Of a stretch of DNA of 64,000 bases, positions 51,662-61,528 are shown piece by piece. The notes under the pieces were generated by a model. It ran no database searches. It saw nothing but the letters and a program-made list of their open reading frames with translations, and was not told the origin of the DNA. The first letter of the stretch is position 1. Every line of letters starts with the position of its first letter. Origin of the DNA: a bacterium (GTDB taxonomy: Bacteria; Zhuqueibacterota; Zhuqueibacteria; Residuimicrobiales; Krinioviventaceae); the NCBI GenBank assembly GCA_963675755.2, contig CAXXMD010000001.1, forward strand, positions 96,001-160,000. The letters are read 5' to 3'. Both the position numbers and the translations under genes were made by a program.

Positions 51662-51950
51662 CAGAATTCTCACTTTAAGTCTTGTAATTGTAATGGTTAA
51701 GAACTTGGTAGAAAAGAACCTATAATTTAAAATAATTAATTTTCCCTGAAAATCAATTAAATAATGTAAATTTGTTTCCAGTTGTATGATTTTGATGTGT
51801 ACTACAAGCAGGTTGAGATAAATCAACTCATACGCAACCCAGGGGAAATATGAGCCCCGGTATATATTATATATAATGGCTATTAATTATTTTTTTAATT
51901 CCATCCGGCCAGCGTATATTCTGACCGGATGGTTATAATCTTAATTAAAA

Positions 51951-53147
51951 TCAAGCAGTTAATTGTTTGTATTTTTCATCAAGGTCGGGCAGCTGAACCG
52001 TTTCCAGAATATAATCACAGAATTCTCGTCCGGTTACACCATTGTCACGACCGGTTATGATCATTTTTTTCTCGAATTGCTGGCAAATTTCAAGCGCCTT
52101 GCCAAGTTGATCAGCTTTTTCAATATATCCGATATGTTCAAGCATCATTGCAGCAGCGCGGATCAGACTGGAAGGATCTGCATATTTTCCGCGTCCTTCT
52201 TTGATCATACGAGGAGCTGAACCATGAATTGCTTCAAACATTGCATATCGTTTGCCAATATTGGCACTTCCTGCGGTACCAACACCACCCTGGAATTCAG
52301 CAGCTTCGTCAGTTAAAATATCACCATAGAGGTTGGGGAGAACCATGACCTTGAATTGAGTACGACGTTTGGGATCTACCAATTTGGCTGTCATAATATC
52401 AATATACCAACCTTCCCATTTAACATCAGGATAATCTTTAGCAACACGCTCTGCAGTTTCAAGGAAAAGACCGTCTGTTGTTTTTACTACATTTGCTTTG
52501 GTTACAACGGTAACGTCATTCAGGCCTGTTTTATGTGCATAATCAAACGCCATGCGAATGATACGCTCTGCACCTTGTTTGGTGATAACTTTAAAATCCA
52601 TAGCCAGATCTTCTGTAACCATTAAACCTTTACTACCAAGAACATAGGCACCTTCAGTGTTTTCGCGAAAGAAAGTCCAGTTCAGACCTTCTTTGGGAAC
52701 TTTGACCGGGCGAACATTAGCGAACAGATCCAGTTCGCGGCGCATAGCAACATTAGCGCTTTCAATATTGGGGTAGGGGCCACCTTTTTCCGGAGTTGTA
52801 GTTGGCGCTTTAAGAATAACGTGACAAGCTTTGAGTTCTTCCAGAACATCATCCGGAATTGCTTTCATGTGTTCAACACGATTTTCAATGGTCAAACCTT
52901 CAATGGGTGTAAATTCAAGTTTGCCTTTGGCAATTTCATCCTTGAGTAGAATTTCTAAAAGGCGTTGGGTTTCCTGAGAAATGATAGGGCCTATACCATC
53001 TCCCCAGCAAAAACCGATTTTAATTGGAGATAATTTACTATAATCAATCCAGTCTTCAGCTTGTTTCATCTTTTCTATGCGTTCAAGCTGTTCCGCAATC
53101 AGTGATCCTAGATGTTCTTTTGCTTTTTCAATTGCTTTTTCACTCAT
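51951..53147 (-). CDS. icd: Isocitrate dehydrogenase (isocitrate/isopropylmalate DH family)
   Basis: 'GDGIGP', isocitrate-type 'SANVAMRR' (SxNxxxR), 'RENTEG', 'NLYGDILTD', 'FEAIHGSAP'; context with Re-CS and acnA. Confidence 0.8.
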   Translation of the reverse strand: MSEKAIEKAKEHLGSLIAEQLERIEKMKQAEDWIDYSKLSPIKIGFCWGDGIGPIISQETQRLLEILLKDEIAKGKLEFTPIEGLTIENRVEHMKAIPDDVLEELKACHVILKAPTTTPEKGGPYPNIESANVAMRRELDLFANVRPVKVPKEGLNWTFFRENTEGAYVLGSKGLMVTEDLAMDFKVITKQGAERIIRMAFDYAHKTGLNDVTVVTKANVVKTTDGLFLETAERVAKDYPDVKWEGWYIDIMTAKLVDPKRRTQFKVMVLPNLYGDILTDEAAEFQGGVGTAGSANIGKRYAMFEAIHGSAPRMIKEGRGKYADPSSLIRAAAMMLEHIGYIEKADQLGKALEICQQFEKKMIITGRDNGVTGREFCDYILETVQLPDLDEKYKQLTA

Positions 53148-53179
53148 AATAACTCCTGTGTTGATTGGGGTCCCATGTT

Positions 53180-53692
53180 TTAATAAACATTTTGGTCATC
53201 GGAAAAATCTTTGCGATCTTTTTTATATATGTAAAAACGCTCTTTTAAGGTATTTAATTCATTTTGAATATCCAAAGTTTTAGAAACATAATATTTGGCA
53301 AAGTTGTCTCTTGCGACAGCAAATGCCCGATTACATTCCGTTAATAATTCCACCAGTTCTTCAGATAAAGGATAGCAAGTGGTAAGCATACTCCAGAATT
53401 CATTCTCAAATATACGGATAGCTTTTTGAACTTCTTCCAAAGTATAGCCTTCGTTTGAGCGTTTGTTAGCAAGATTTTCCATATATTGAATTAGTGGTTT
53501 GTCATCACAATCGGCAATTACCTTGAGCATAATATCAAGAAATTCTTCTTCACGTTCCTGATGGCGTTCAAAGTCAATAATCTCATAATGTGATTCTGAC
53601 ATTTTTTGCAGTTTATTACAAATATTGTTAATCAGATCATCACGATGTTCTTTGATGACACGTTTGAGATTACTGTTTGTGCAGTGTGTCAT
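53180..53692 (-). CDS. Stand-alone RsbRD_N-like (non-heme globin-fold) protein
   Basis: All-helical; 'LANKRSNEGYTLEEVQKAIRIFENEFW' resembles RsbRD N-terminal domains; no STAS or kinase domain; start overlaps the upstream gene by 23 nt. Confidence 0.55.
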   Translation of the reverse strand: MTHCTNSNLKRVIKEHRDDLINNICNKLQKMSESHYEIIDFERHQEREEEFLDIMLKVIADCDDKPLIQYMENLANKRSNEGYTLEEVQKAIRIFENEFWSMLTTCYPLSEELVELLTECNRAFAVARDNFAKYYVSKTLDIQNELNTLKERFYIYKKDRKDFSDDQNVY

Positions 53693-55562
53693 GCTTTTTG
53701 ATTCTCCTGTTTCTCCGTTTCAGTTGCTCTTCAATTCTGCCAATGATACGCTGCGAATATTTACTATAATCTTTACCCATGCTTTCAGACTCTTTATCCA
53801 ATCCTTTTTCTATTGTAGTTATAAAGTCTTCTATGCTTTTTGCGGAAACGGGTTTGGGCTGGTCTGCCCATTTAAATAGCATCGCTTCTATGGGTTCAAA
53901 ATAGTCTGGTTTTGGTAACGTGTTGCAAGATTTAAAGGGATATGGATTTAATTCTTGCTGGAATCCCTTTAAGGCCATGATTAATGGTTGATAATCATAT
54001 TCATAAAACAATCTTGAAAATTGGTATTCAATAACGGGAGTCCACTTGTTATCATCTGGTACCGTATGATGTTTGTTTAGCCGTGAAAAATTGAGCCCTG
54101 TTTCTTCGTGATCAATTTCCCGTTGGTGAATACGCATTTCCCTTAATATTCCATTACTGTCTTCACGCAAATCTCCTCCGAGCAAAAGAAGACAAAGGAA
54201 AAAGTCCGGATTATCAATTTCTCTAAATTCTTGATTTGGAGGTAACTGTATACTGAGATGCAGACTGTGCGGCTTGATGTCCAAATATCTTACCGCTAAA
54301 TCAATCAATTGGGACAGTACCCAGGGATCCTGAGTTGCCGGTTTGGATACATCCCCCAGTAATTTATACCTGCCAAATGCCAATTCAAGAAAACCACGGG
54401 TTCTGACATTTGATGAAGTCAGGAAGCCATGGTCATCAACATGTGCGCCAAGTTTCCACCCTCTGCGCATAATGTCAAATTTATAGAAATAATAAAACGA
54501 GTCATAAAGCGGATCTTCGCCTTCTTTAGAGTTTACCGCTCTATAGCCAATATTGGAAAATTCCAGTTCTGCTCCCAAGGGCAGGTAGCCAATGTGACGA
54601 TTCTTTTTGAGCCATTTTACAATCTCATCTGCCTTGACGGGGTCATACAATTCTTCTGCAATGATAATTGCGGCAGCAGCATAATCAGTATATAAAATTT
54701 CAGGGTTATACCTATCTACTTCCAGATGAGAAATAGCACTGGATAAGTGTTGTTTTTGATTGACCAGCAGTTTAAGCGCCATTGTAGCAGAAAGGGTATG
54801 GATATAAAATTCATCTGCTACATTTACCTGGCCCCTGTAATCATTCCTGAATTTTTCTTCAAGTTGATTAAAGATCATGAAATTGAGTGCAAGCTTCATG
54901 TAATTGTCTGCATACTTTACCGCTTTTCTATCGGTTTTTAACCAATTCAAGCGGGGTATGCTTGCTTTTTCAATTTCATGTTTGATAATAAATGCAGGGA
55001 TACCGGTATCTTGAAAATATTGGCGTAATATGCTATGAACTTCTTCTGAAAGCAACTCTCTTGTTACTTTGAGTGGAAGAGATTCACGATCATAATTGAG
55101 CAGCATATCCGCTTTTTGTTCTACATAGCGGTTAACATTGCTTTCAACAAATTCTTCAATACGGTCTCGTTCCTGGAATCCTTTATTGATATAGGGTTTT
55201 ATGGACCTGGGCTTGCCAATATAAACGAAAGAATCAATCACTTTATCGTTCACTTGAATCTGTGCCACTTTGCGTTTATATAAACTGCCTTCAGCTTCGT
55301 AAGCATCAAGTTTCTCAAGTATATCAGGTGTTACATTGTACAAAACTCTGCCTTCAATGCTGTACCCCTTCCAGGGAAGAGCAAAGGTAAAGCTGTTTTC
55401 CGGTTGAACCCGACGGTGATTGAGTAGTAAACCTTTTTCACTCAACAGTTTTGTGCCTGTCAGCAATTCCAGATAATAATCATTATTCAGAGAACCATAA
55501 ACAAATACTTTGTCTATGGTTTCCCAATCGATCTTTGCTGTTTTCTTTTCTTTTGGACTCAC
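53670..55562 (-). CDS. Gamma-glutamylcyclotransferase (GGCT/AIG2-like) fused to a putative glutamine synthetase/GCS-fold amidoligase-like domain
   Basis: N-terminal 'VFVYGSL...EG.VL...LDAYE..LYKR...FVY'. C-terminal ordered motifs 'GAELEFS', 'GFLEL', 'HSLHLSI', 'IEYQF'. GTGA overlap with the Re-CS stop. Confidence 0.7.
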   Translation of the reverse strand: MSPKEKKTAKIDWETIDKVFVYGSLNNDYYLELLTGTKLLSEKGLLLNHRRVQPENSFTFALPWKGYSIEGRVLYNVTPDILEKLDAYEAEGSLYKRKVAQIQVNDKVIDSFVYIGKPRSIKPYINKGFQERDRIEEFVESNVNRYVEQKADMLLNYDRESLPLKVTRELLSEEVHSILRQYFQDTGIPAFIIKHEIEKASIPRLNWLKTDRKAVKYADNYMKLALNFMIFNQLEEKFRNDYRGQVNVADEFYIHTLSATMALKLLVNQKQHLSSAISHLEVDRYNPEILYTDYAAAAIIIAEELYDPVKADEIVKWLKKNRHIGYLPLGAELEFSNIGYRAVNSKEGEDPLYDSFYYFYKFDIMRRGWKLGAHVDDHGFLTSSNVRTRGFLELAFGRYKLLGDVSKPATQDPWVLSQLIDLAVRYLDIKPHSLHLSIQLPPNQEFREIDNPDFFLCLLLLGGDLREDSNGILREMRIHQREIDHEETGLNFSRLNKHHTVPDDNKWTPVIEYQFSRLFYEYDYQPLIMALKGFQQELNPYPFKSCNTLPKPDYFEPIEAMLFKWADQPKPVSAKSIEDFITTIEKGLDKESESMGKDYSKYSQRIIGRIEEQLKRRNRRIKKHDTLHKQ

Positions 55563-56926
55563 TCTACCTTGTCTGCGAAATAGAGTTCAAACTGCTTCAT
55601 CATTTCTTCAGGTGAAATTGAAGTCACCCTACCGTTTTCGTATTGTTCTTCAACCCATTCAAATATTTTTGCAACCTGTGGATTTCTCTTGTCAACTGGC
55701 GGTAACCCACGTTTTTTTAGTTCCCGGTTAACCCAAAAACCCACACCTGCAATTCCTGAACGATTGGTAAGATTTACACCAATAGGACGGTTTAATACTT
55801 TATCCGTATCAAAAATATTATAAATTTCTTCATTTTTAATCACACCGTCTGCGTGAATTCCTGCCATTGTTACATTAAAGCGTTCACCTACAAAGGGATA
55901 GTTGTTAGGAATTACTGTACCAATTTCTTTGAGGTATTCTGCAATTTCAGTGATCGCAGTAAGATCCATGCCATTGGTGCTTCCCGTAAGTGATGCATAC
56001 TCTACAGCCAGCGCTTCTACAGGAGAGTTGCCGGTCCTCTCACCAAATCCAAGAATTGTGCCATTTACACCTGATACACCGGACAACCAGGCCGTAACAG
56101 AGTTTGCATGAACTTTGTGAAAATCATTGTGGCCATGCCATTCAAGGTTTTCCGAAGTGATGCCAACTTCACGTTGCAGGAAATATGCAATTTTCCGAAT
56201 GGAACGTGGAAGCGCAACACCGGGATAAGGGAGGCCATAACCCATAGTATCACATAACCGGATTTTAATTTTTAATCCTGATTTTGCTGAAAAATTCATC
56301 AATTCTTCTGCAAAAGGTACAACCGTACCCCAAAAATCGGCACGGGTAATATCTTCAAAATGGCATCTGATAGCTTCCAAACCGGCATCAGCGGCAGCCT
56401 GAACAACACCCATAAACGCATCAAGGACCTGGCGACGCGTTTTTTTAAATTTCATAAAAATGTGATAATCTGATATTGATGTCAGCATACCGGTTTCTTT
56501 TATGCCTACACTTTTAACGAGTTCAAAATCAGCAGGATTTGCGCGGATCCAGGATGTTACCTGTGGAAATTCCAGGCCTTTATTACGCACCTCTTCAAGA
56601 ATTTCTCTATCCATTTCTGAATAGATAAAAAACTCGGATTGCCGTATAACACCGTTTGGCCCGGAAAGTTTGCTTATAAGGTCAAATAGTTTAGATACCT
56701 GTTCGGGTGTATAGGGGGGACGCGCCTGTTGTCCATCTCTAAAAGTTGTATCCGTAATCCAGATATCTTTTGCAGGTTTGGCGTCTACAATTTCACCGTC
56801 AAATACGGTTTTGGGAATCTCGGAATAGGGAAATATATCACGCATCAAATTTGGTTCTTCAACATCGATCAATGGATGTTTTTTTTGTTTTGATAAAATT
56901 CTCCAGTCAGAATTCACTTCAGCCAT
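55559..56926 (-). CDS. Re-face citrate synthase (DRE-TIM metallolyase)
   Basis: 'DVEEPNL..IFPY', 'ITDTTFRDGQQARPPY', 'GVIRQSEFF', 'RCHFEDITRAD', 'LEWHGHNDF', as recalled for Clostridium/Syntrophus Re-citrate synthases; no LeuA regulatory domain. Confidence 0.85.
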   Translation of the reverse strand: MAEVNSDWRILSKQKKHPLIDVEEPNLMRDIFPYSEIPKTVFDGEIVDAKPAKDIWITDTTFRDGQQARPPYTPEQVSKLFDLISKLSGPNGVIRQSEFFIYSEMDREILEEVRNKGLEFPQVTSWIRANPADFELVKSVGIKETGMLTSISDYHIFMKFKKTRRQVLDAFMGVVQAAADAGLEAIRCHFEDITRADFWGTVVPFAEELMNFSAKSGLKIKIRLCDTMGYGLPYPGVALPRSIRKIAYFLQREVGITSENLEWHGHNDFHKVHANSVTAWLSGVSGVNGTILGFGERTGNSPVEALAVEYASLTGSTNGMDLTAITEIAEYLKEIGTVIPNNYPFVGERFNVTMAGIHADGVIKNEEIYNIFDTDKVLNRPIGVNLTNRSGIAGVGFWVNRELKKRGLPPVDKRNPQVAKIFEWVEEQYENGRVTSISPEEMMKQFELYFADKVE

Positions 56927-57039
56927 GATCCCTCCTTGTTTGTATGGTTAAAAAATTTTTACTAAATATACGAAATCCCTATTATTGCCAGTGGATGGCA
57001 ATTAAAACCAGGGATTGTCAGAATTGTGAAATTTGAGAG

Positions 57040-57711
57040 TTACGGTTCTTGAACTTCGGTCAGATATTGTAATGCATCAATAATTTTGCTATTATTGGGG
57101 CTGAGTTCGAGACCATGTTTGTATGCGTTAATCGCTTCAGGAATACGTCTAAGACGGTAATAGACGTTTCCAAGATGATAGTATACACGAGAATCTTCAC
57201 TACCAATCTTTAATAACTCTTCAAGATGTTCCAAAGCGCAGTGGTAGCATTGTTCTTCAATGCAGGATAGTGCTGCATGATAATGTGCCATGGGAGAATC
57301 TGCTTTTTTCTCAAGCAATGTTTCAAAAGCCTTGCGAGCTTTGTGATATTTGCCAAGATGCCAGTATGTCATGCCCAACCAGTAATATGCCATCAGCATT
57401 TCAGGTGCCAATTCAATTACTTTTTTTAGAGCATTTTTGGCATCCCATAACTTTAATTGGCGATAATGAGATACACCCAGATAGTAATATGCATAAGGGA
57501 GTTCGGGATTTACTTTTATGGCTTTTTCAAAGACCTCAATAGCAGATGAAATCTTGCCACGCAAATAGTAACCATTTCCCAGCATTAATAAAGATCTTAT
57601 GTCTTGTTCGTCAGCTTTGACTGTTTGCTCAAGCTGTTTCATCAATTCATCTAACTGAGATGAATCCATCATGTCCATAGATTCTGGCAGATTAATATCA
57701 GATGAAGTCAT
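57040..57711 (-). CDS. Tetratricopeptide repeat protein
   Basis: About five to six TPR units ('AYYYLG..', 'AYYWLG', 'VYYHLGNVY'); GGGAG RBS before MTSS. Confidence 0.88.
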   Translation of the reverse strand: MTSSDINLPESMDMMDSSQLDELMKQLEQTVKADEQDIRSLLMLGNGYYLRGKISSAIEVFEKAIKVNPELPYAYYYLGVSHYRQLKLWDAKNALKKVIELAPEMLMAYYWLGMTYWHLGKYHKARKAFETLLEKKADSPMAHYHAALSCIEEQCYHCALEHLEELLKIGSEDSRVYYHLGNVYYRLRRIPEAINAYKHGLELSPNNSKIIDALQYLTEVQEP

Positions 57712-57894
57712 ATCGAATACTCCCATATATCTTAACAATCCACTGCATAATATAATAATGTGTTTCTGAATTAATGTCAAGTACTATTTGTATTGAAAAC
57801 AAAATCGATAGTTTTATATTGATTTTTAACAGTCAAATGAATACATTTATTGCCAATATTGTTTATATTTTCTTAAAAATTTACAGGATTATTT

Positions 57895-58449
57895 ATGTTT
57901 TATAGAGTTAAAATGTATGTTGTTTTGTTAGCAGGAATTGCTTTTGTCGCAGGATGTGCCTCAGCCCCTAAAACAGTTTCTGTAGTACCTGACGATCAAA
58001 AGGCAGAAAAAGTGGTTATGAATGAAGATTTTAATCCATTAACATTAAACGATTATTCTTTACCTGCTGAAAAAAAGTCTACGGTGACAACGTACAAGTT
58101 GGAACAGTTTATGAAAGAAGATAAAGTAGACTCTTTAAATTCCGACGAGATGGTTCCCGGGTATCGGGTACAGTTGATATCAACCAGATATGAAGCTGAA
58201 GCGCGTACCGTCAAGCTGGATGCAATGCTTACTTTTAAAGAAAATGTGTATGTAATATTTGATGATCCATATTATAAAATTAGAATAGGGGATTGTCTTA
58301 CCCGCTTTGATGCAAACGTATTGCAGGAAGAAGCGGCAGATAAAAATTTTAATGAGGCCTGGGTAGTTAGAACCAATGTATTTCGCTCTCCTGTTTTGCA
58401 AAGTGAAGAAGGCGAGGATAAAGAGGATATAGAAGTTATCGTACCCTGA
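57895..58449 (+). CDS. SPOR-domain lipoprotein
   Basis: Lipobox 'VAGC'; 'GYRVQL', 'PYYKIRIGD', 'AWVV'. Confidence 0.85.
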   Translation: MFYRVKMYVVLLAGIAFVAGCASAPKTVSVVPDDQKAEKVVMNEDFNPLTLNDYSLPAEKKSTVTTYKLEQFMKEDKVDSLNSDEMVPGYRVQLISTRYEAEARTVKLDAMLTFKENVYVIFDDPYYKIRIGDCLTRFDANVLQEEAADKNFNEAWVVRTNVFRSPVLQSEEGEDKEDIEVIVP

Positions 58450-58491
58450 CCTGATTACATGCAGTAAACCACATTCTTTATTATATTTCCC

Positions 58492-58520
58492 TTGAAATTT
58501 GCGAAAAATTTTATTATATT
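58492..58520 (+). promoter_or_regulatory. Sigma70 promoter for the yebC-ruv operon
   Basis: TTGAAA-17 bp-TATATT. Confidence 0.6.
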
Positions 58521-58617
58521 CAAGGTCACGGATTTTCTGTGTTTAAATTGAATTTATTTGTTAATATGATCGAGTTCCGTGAATTATGTTATTGCGGAGA
58601 ATAAAACAGGAGATTTT

Positions 58618-59367
58618 ATGTCAGGACATTCCAAGTGGAGCACCATTAAGCGTAAAAAGGGAAAGGCGGATGCTGAACGAGGCAAGTTGTTTACCCGTCT
58701 GATCAAAGAAATTACCATTGCTGCCCGTCACGGCGGTGGAGATGAAAATGCTAACCCCAGATTGCGTTCTGCCATTCAGGCAGCCAAAGGTGCTAATATG
58801 CCATCAGCCAATATTGATAAAGCAATCAAACGTGGAACCGGAGAATTGCCTGGTGTTAATTACGAAGAATTAACATATGAAGGATATGGTCCCGCAGGTG
58901 TTGCTGTTTATCTTGATGTACTGACGGACAATAAGAACAGAACAGTTGCTGAAATACGTCATTTGTTGACAAAGTATGGTGGCAGTTTGGGTGAAAATGG
59001 CAGTGTTGCATGGATGTTTACCAAAAAAGGTATAATTATAATTGATGAAAATGCAACCACCGAAGATGATTTGATGATGGTTGCTCTGGATGCCGGAGCA
59101 GAAGATATAGAGCAGGAAGAAGGTGTTTTTCGGGTATATACAGATGTTGCTGCATTAGAAGCGGTAAAATCCGCTCTTGATGAAAACAATATTCCTTATG
59201 AAAGTGCAGAGCTTACAATGGAGCCTGCTAACACTGTCCAGGTGGAAGGAAAATCAGCCGAATCTGTATTAAAACTGATGGATGCTTTAGAAGATCACGA
59301 TGATGTTCAGAATCTGTATTCAAACTTTGATATAGATGACAGTGTTATTGAAGCCATGAATTTATAA
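58618..59367 (+). CDS. yebC: YebC/PmpR family protein
   Basis: 'MSGHSKW..IK', 'YEGYGP.G', 'TDNKNRT', 'DDVQ..YSN'. Confidence 0.95.
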   Translation: MSGHSKWSTIKRKKGKADAERGKLFTRLIKEITIAARHGGGDENANPRLRSAIQAAKGANMPSANIDKAIKRGTGELPGVNYEELTYEGYGPAGVAVYLDVLTDNKNRTVAEIRHLLTKYGGSLGENGSVAWMFTKKGIIIIDENATTEDDLMMVALDAGAEDIEQEEGVFRVYTDVAALEAVKSALDENNIPYESAELTMEPANTVQVEGKSAESVLKLMDALEDHDDVQNLYSNFDIDDSVIEAMNL

Positions 59368-59370
59368 ATC

Positions 59371-59850
59371 ATGCGAGTAATGGGAATTGACCCAGGAAGT
59401 ATAGTTACTGGTTATGGTATTGTTGATTTTGATGAGGATGTTCACCTGGTAGAATACGGATGCATTCGATTAAAATCAAAGTCTGAATTTACCAATCGTT
59501 TAAAAGAAATCTATCTACGTGTTCAAGATCTTTTAAACAAGTATAACCCTGATTGTGTTGCATTTGAAGATATATTTTATGGTCATAATGTGAAATCAGC
59601 AATACAATTAGGCCATGCGCGAGGAGCTGCTGTTGTGTCGGCGGCAATAGCAGAGTTGCCGGTTTCCTATTACTCACCCCGAGAAGTAAAACAAGCTATT
59701 ACCGGATATGGTGGTGCATCAAAGGAGCAAGTGCAAAAAATGGTACAAAATATTTTGCAGATCGCCGAGCCTATTACGCCCCTTGATGCTTCTGATGCAT
59801 TAGGCATTGCAATTTGCCATGCATTCCGTCACAAAAATGATGAATATTGA
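59371..59850 (+). CDS. ruvC: Holliday junction resolvase
   Basis: 'GIDPG...TGYG', 'ARG', 'A.KEQV..MV', 'DASDAL.IA.CH'. Confidence 0.95.
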   Translation: MRVMGIDPGSIVTGYGIVDFDEDVHLVEYGCIRLKSKSEFTNRLKEIYLRVQDLLNKYNPDCVAFEDIFYGHNVKSAIQLGHARGAAVVSAAIAELPVSYYSPREVKQAITGYGGASKEQVQKMVQNILQIAEPITPLDASDALGIAICHAFRHKNDEY

Positions 59851-59854
59851 TTCT

Positions 59855-60451
59855 ATGATTTCTTTTATACAAGGCAAGATAGCGGAAAAGTCACCCACTC
59901 ATATAGTAATTGATAAGGGCGGAATTGGCATGCATTTGTTGATTTCTTTGGCAACGTATACAACGTTGGGCGATAAAGGTGATCAGACGCATTTAGAAAC
60001 GCATTTACACGTAAAAGAAGATTCTTTAACTCTATTTGGATTTGCCACTCGTGATGAACGTGAATTGTTTTTGCATTTGCTCTCTGTGAGTGGAGTAGGA
60101 CCCAAGTTAGCAATGGGTATTTTGTCTGGTGCAGAATTAGCAGAATTGTATCACTATATAGCTGAAAGTGATGAAAATGCACTGGTTAAAATTAAGGGTT
60201 TGGGAAAAAAAACAGCACAACGTATTATACTTGATTTGCAACCCGTTGCAAAAAAGAAAACCGGAGAGTTTGATATAGATAGCTCAGCTGTTCGTGTTGC
60301 AGATGTTGGTTTTAAAGATGAAGCTGTTTTAGCATTGTCAGCATTAGGCTATTCGGCAACAGAAGCAGATAAAGCTGTTTCAAAAGCTATCGTTTTGAAT
60401 CCGGATTGTGATAATGTTGAAACTTTGATCAGAATAGCATTAAACAGTTAG
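59855..60451 (+). CDS. ruvA: Holliday junction branch migration protein
   Basis: 'MISFIQG', 'VKED..TLFGF', 'VSGVGPK.A', 'GLGKKTAQRI', 'AL.ALGY'. Confidence 0.95.
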   Translation: MISFIQGKIAEKSPTHIVIDKGGIGMHLLISLATYTTLGDKGDQTHLETHLHVKEDSLTLFGFATRDERELFLHLLSVSGVGPKLAMGILSGAELAELYHYIAESDENALVKIKGLGKKTAQRIILDLQPVAKKKTGEFDIDSSAVRVADVGFKDEAVLALSALGYSATEADKAVSKAIVLNPDCDNVETLIRIALNS

Positions 60452-60457
60452 GTTGAA

Positions 60458-61486
60458 TTGGACTATAAAGAACGACCAACATACCCCGAGCCGTTAACCG
60501 GTGAAGGAGATATTGATTTAACTCTGCGACCTTTGTCATTACAGGATTTTGTAGGTCAAAGCAAATTAAAATCCAATTTAGAGGTCTTTATCAAGGCTGC
60601 AAATGCACGCAGTGAACCTCTTGATCATGTGTTGTTTCATGGTCCTCCCGGATTGGGAAAAACTACACTTGCCAATATTATTGCGAACGAGTTGGGAAGT
60701 AAGGTCAAGGTCACTTCTGGGCCAGCTTTGGAGAGACCTGCCGATTTGGCGGGTATTTTGACCAACCTGAAAGAACGTGATGTTTTATTTATAGATGAAA
60801 TTCACCGTTTAAATCGTGTAATTGAAGAGTATTTGTATCCAGCTATGGAAGATTTTTCCCTGGATATTATTATAGATAAAGGAGCCAATGCCCGAACAGT
60901 TCAGCTAAAGCTGCCCAGATTTACATTAATAGGGGCAACAACGCGGGCGGGGCTTATAACGTCACCACTCCGGGCAAGGTTTGGTGTTTCGTTTAGACTT
61001 GATTTTTATCAACCGCTTGATTTGAGTAAAATTGTAAAGCGTTCTGCAAAGATTTTTGAAATGTCTGTTGATGAAGATGCGGCATTAGAAATAGCTGGCC
61101 GCTCACGCGGCACTCCGCGAATTGCTAACCGGTTACTTCGTCGTATAAGAGATTTTGCTCAAATTGAAGGTAAAAATGTTATAGATTTGGAAATTACAAA
61201 AGAGGCTTTGTTGCGTCTAGATGTAGATGAAAAAGGCCTTGACGACATGGATAAGCGTATTATTCTTTCTGTCATTGATAAATTTAATGGCGGTCCGGTT
61301 GGACTCAGTACACTTGCTGTTGCAATAGGTGAGGAAAGTGATACCATAGAAGGTGTATATGAGCCCTATTTAATTCAGAAAGGATTTTTAAATCGAACCC
61401 CACGTGGCAGAACCGCAACAGATATCGCTTATCAACATTTTAATCGAAAGCGCCGGGAGAGCGGTCAACCGGGATTTTTTGATTAA
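60458..61486 (+). CDS. ruvB: Holliday junction DNA helicase
   Basis: 'LRP..L.DFVGQ', 'GPPGLGKTT', 'FIDEIHR', '[12 protein letters not shown]'. Confidence 0.97.
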   Translation: MDYKERPTYPEPLTGEGDIDLTLRPLSLQDFVGQSKLKSNLEVFIKAANARSEPLDHVLFHGPPGLGKTTLANIIANELGSKVKVTSGPALERPADLAGILTNLKERDVLFIDEIHRLNRVIEEYLYPAMEDFSLDIIIDKGANARTVQLKLPRFTLIGATTRAGLITSPLRARFGVSFRLDFYQPLDLSKIVKRSAKIFEMSVDEDAALEIAGRSRGTPRIANRLLRRIRDFAQIEGKNVIDLEITKEALLRLDVDEKGLDDMDKRIILSVIDKFNGGPVGLSTLAVAIGEESDTIEGVYEPYLIQKGFLNRTPRGRTATDIAYQHFNRKRRESGQPGFFD

Positions 61487-61528
61487 ACAAATGAATTAAT
61501 TATTAATGTATATGGAGGTGGCCACATA

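Noticed and set aside
50936-51826. Long N-terminal extensions in the ORF track (lutA; also HxlR, amn, GH35, TPR, yebC, ruvA)
   Set aside because: Family-typical N-termini and RBSs lie at downstream ATGs, so the extensions are open-frame artefacts.
55559-56926. Annotation as leuA or homocitrate synthase, with 51951-53147 as leuB
   Set aside because: The motifs match Re-citrate synthase (RDGQQ, RQSEFF, EWHGHNDF), and the dehydrogenase has the SxNxxxR isocitrate-type motif.
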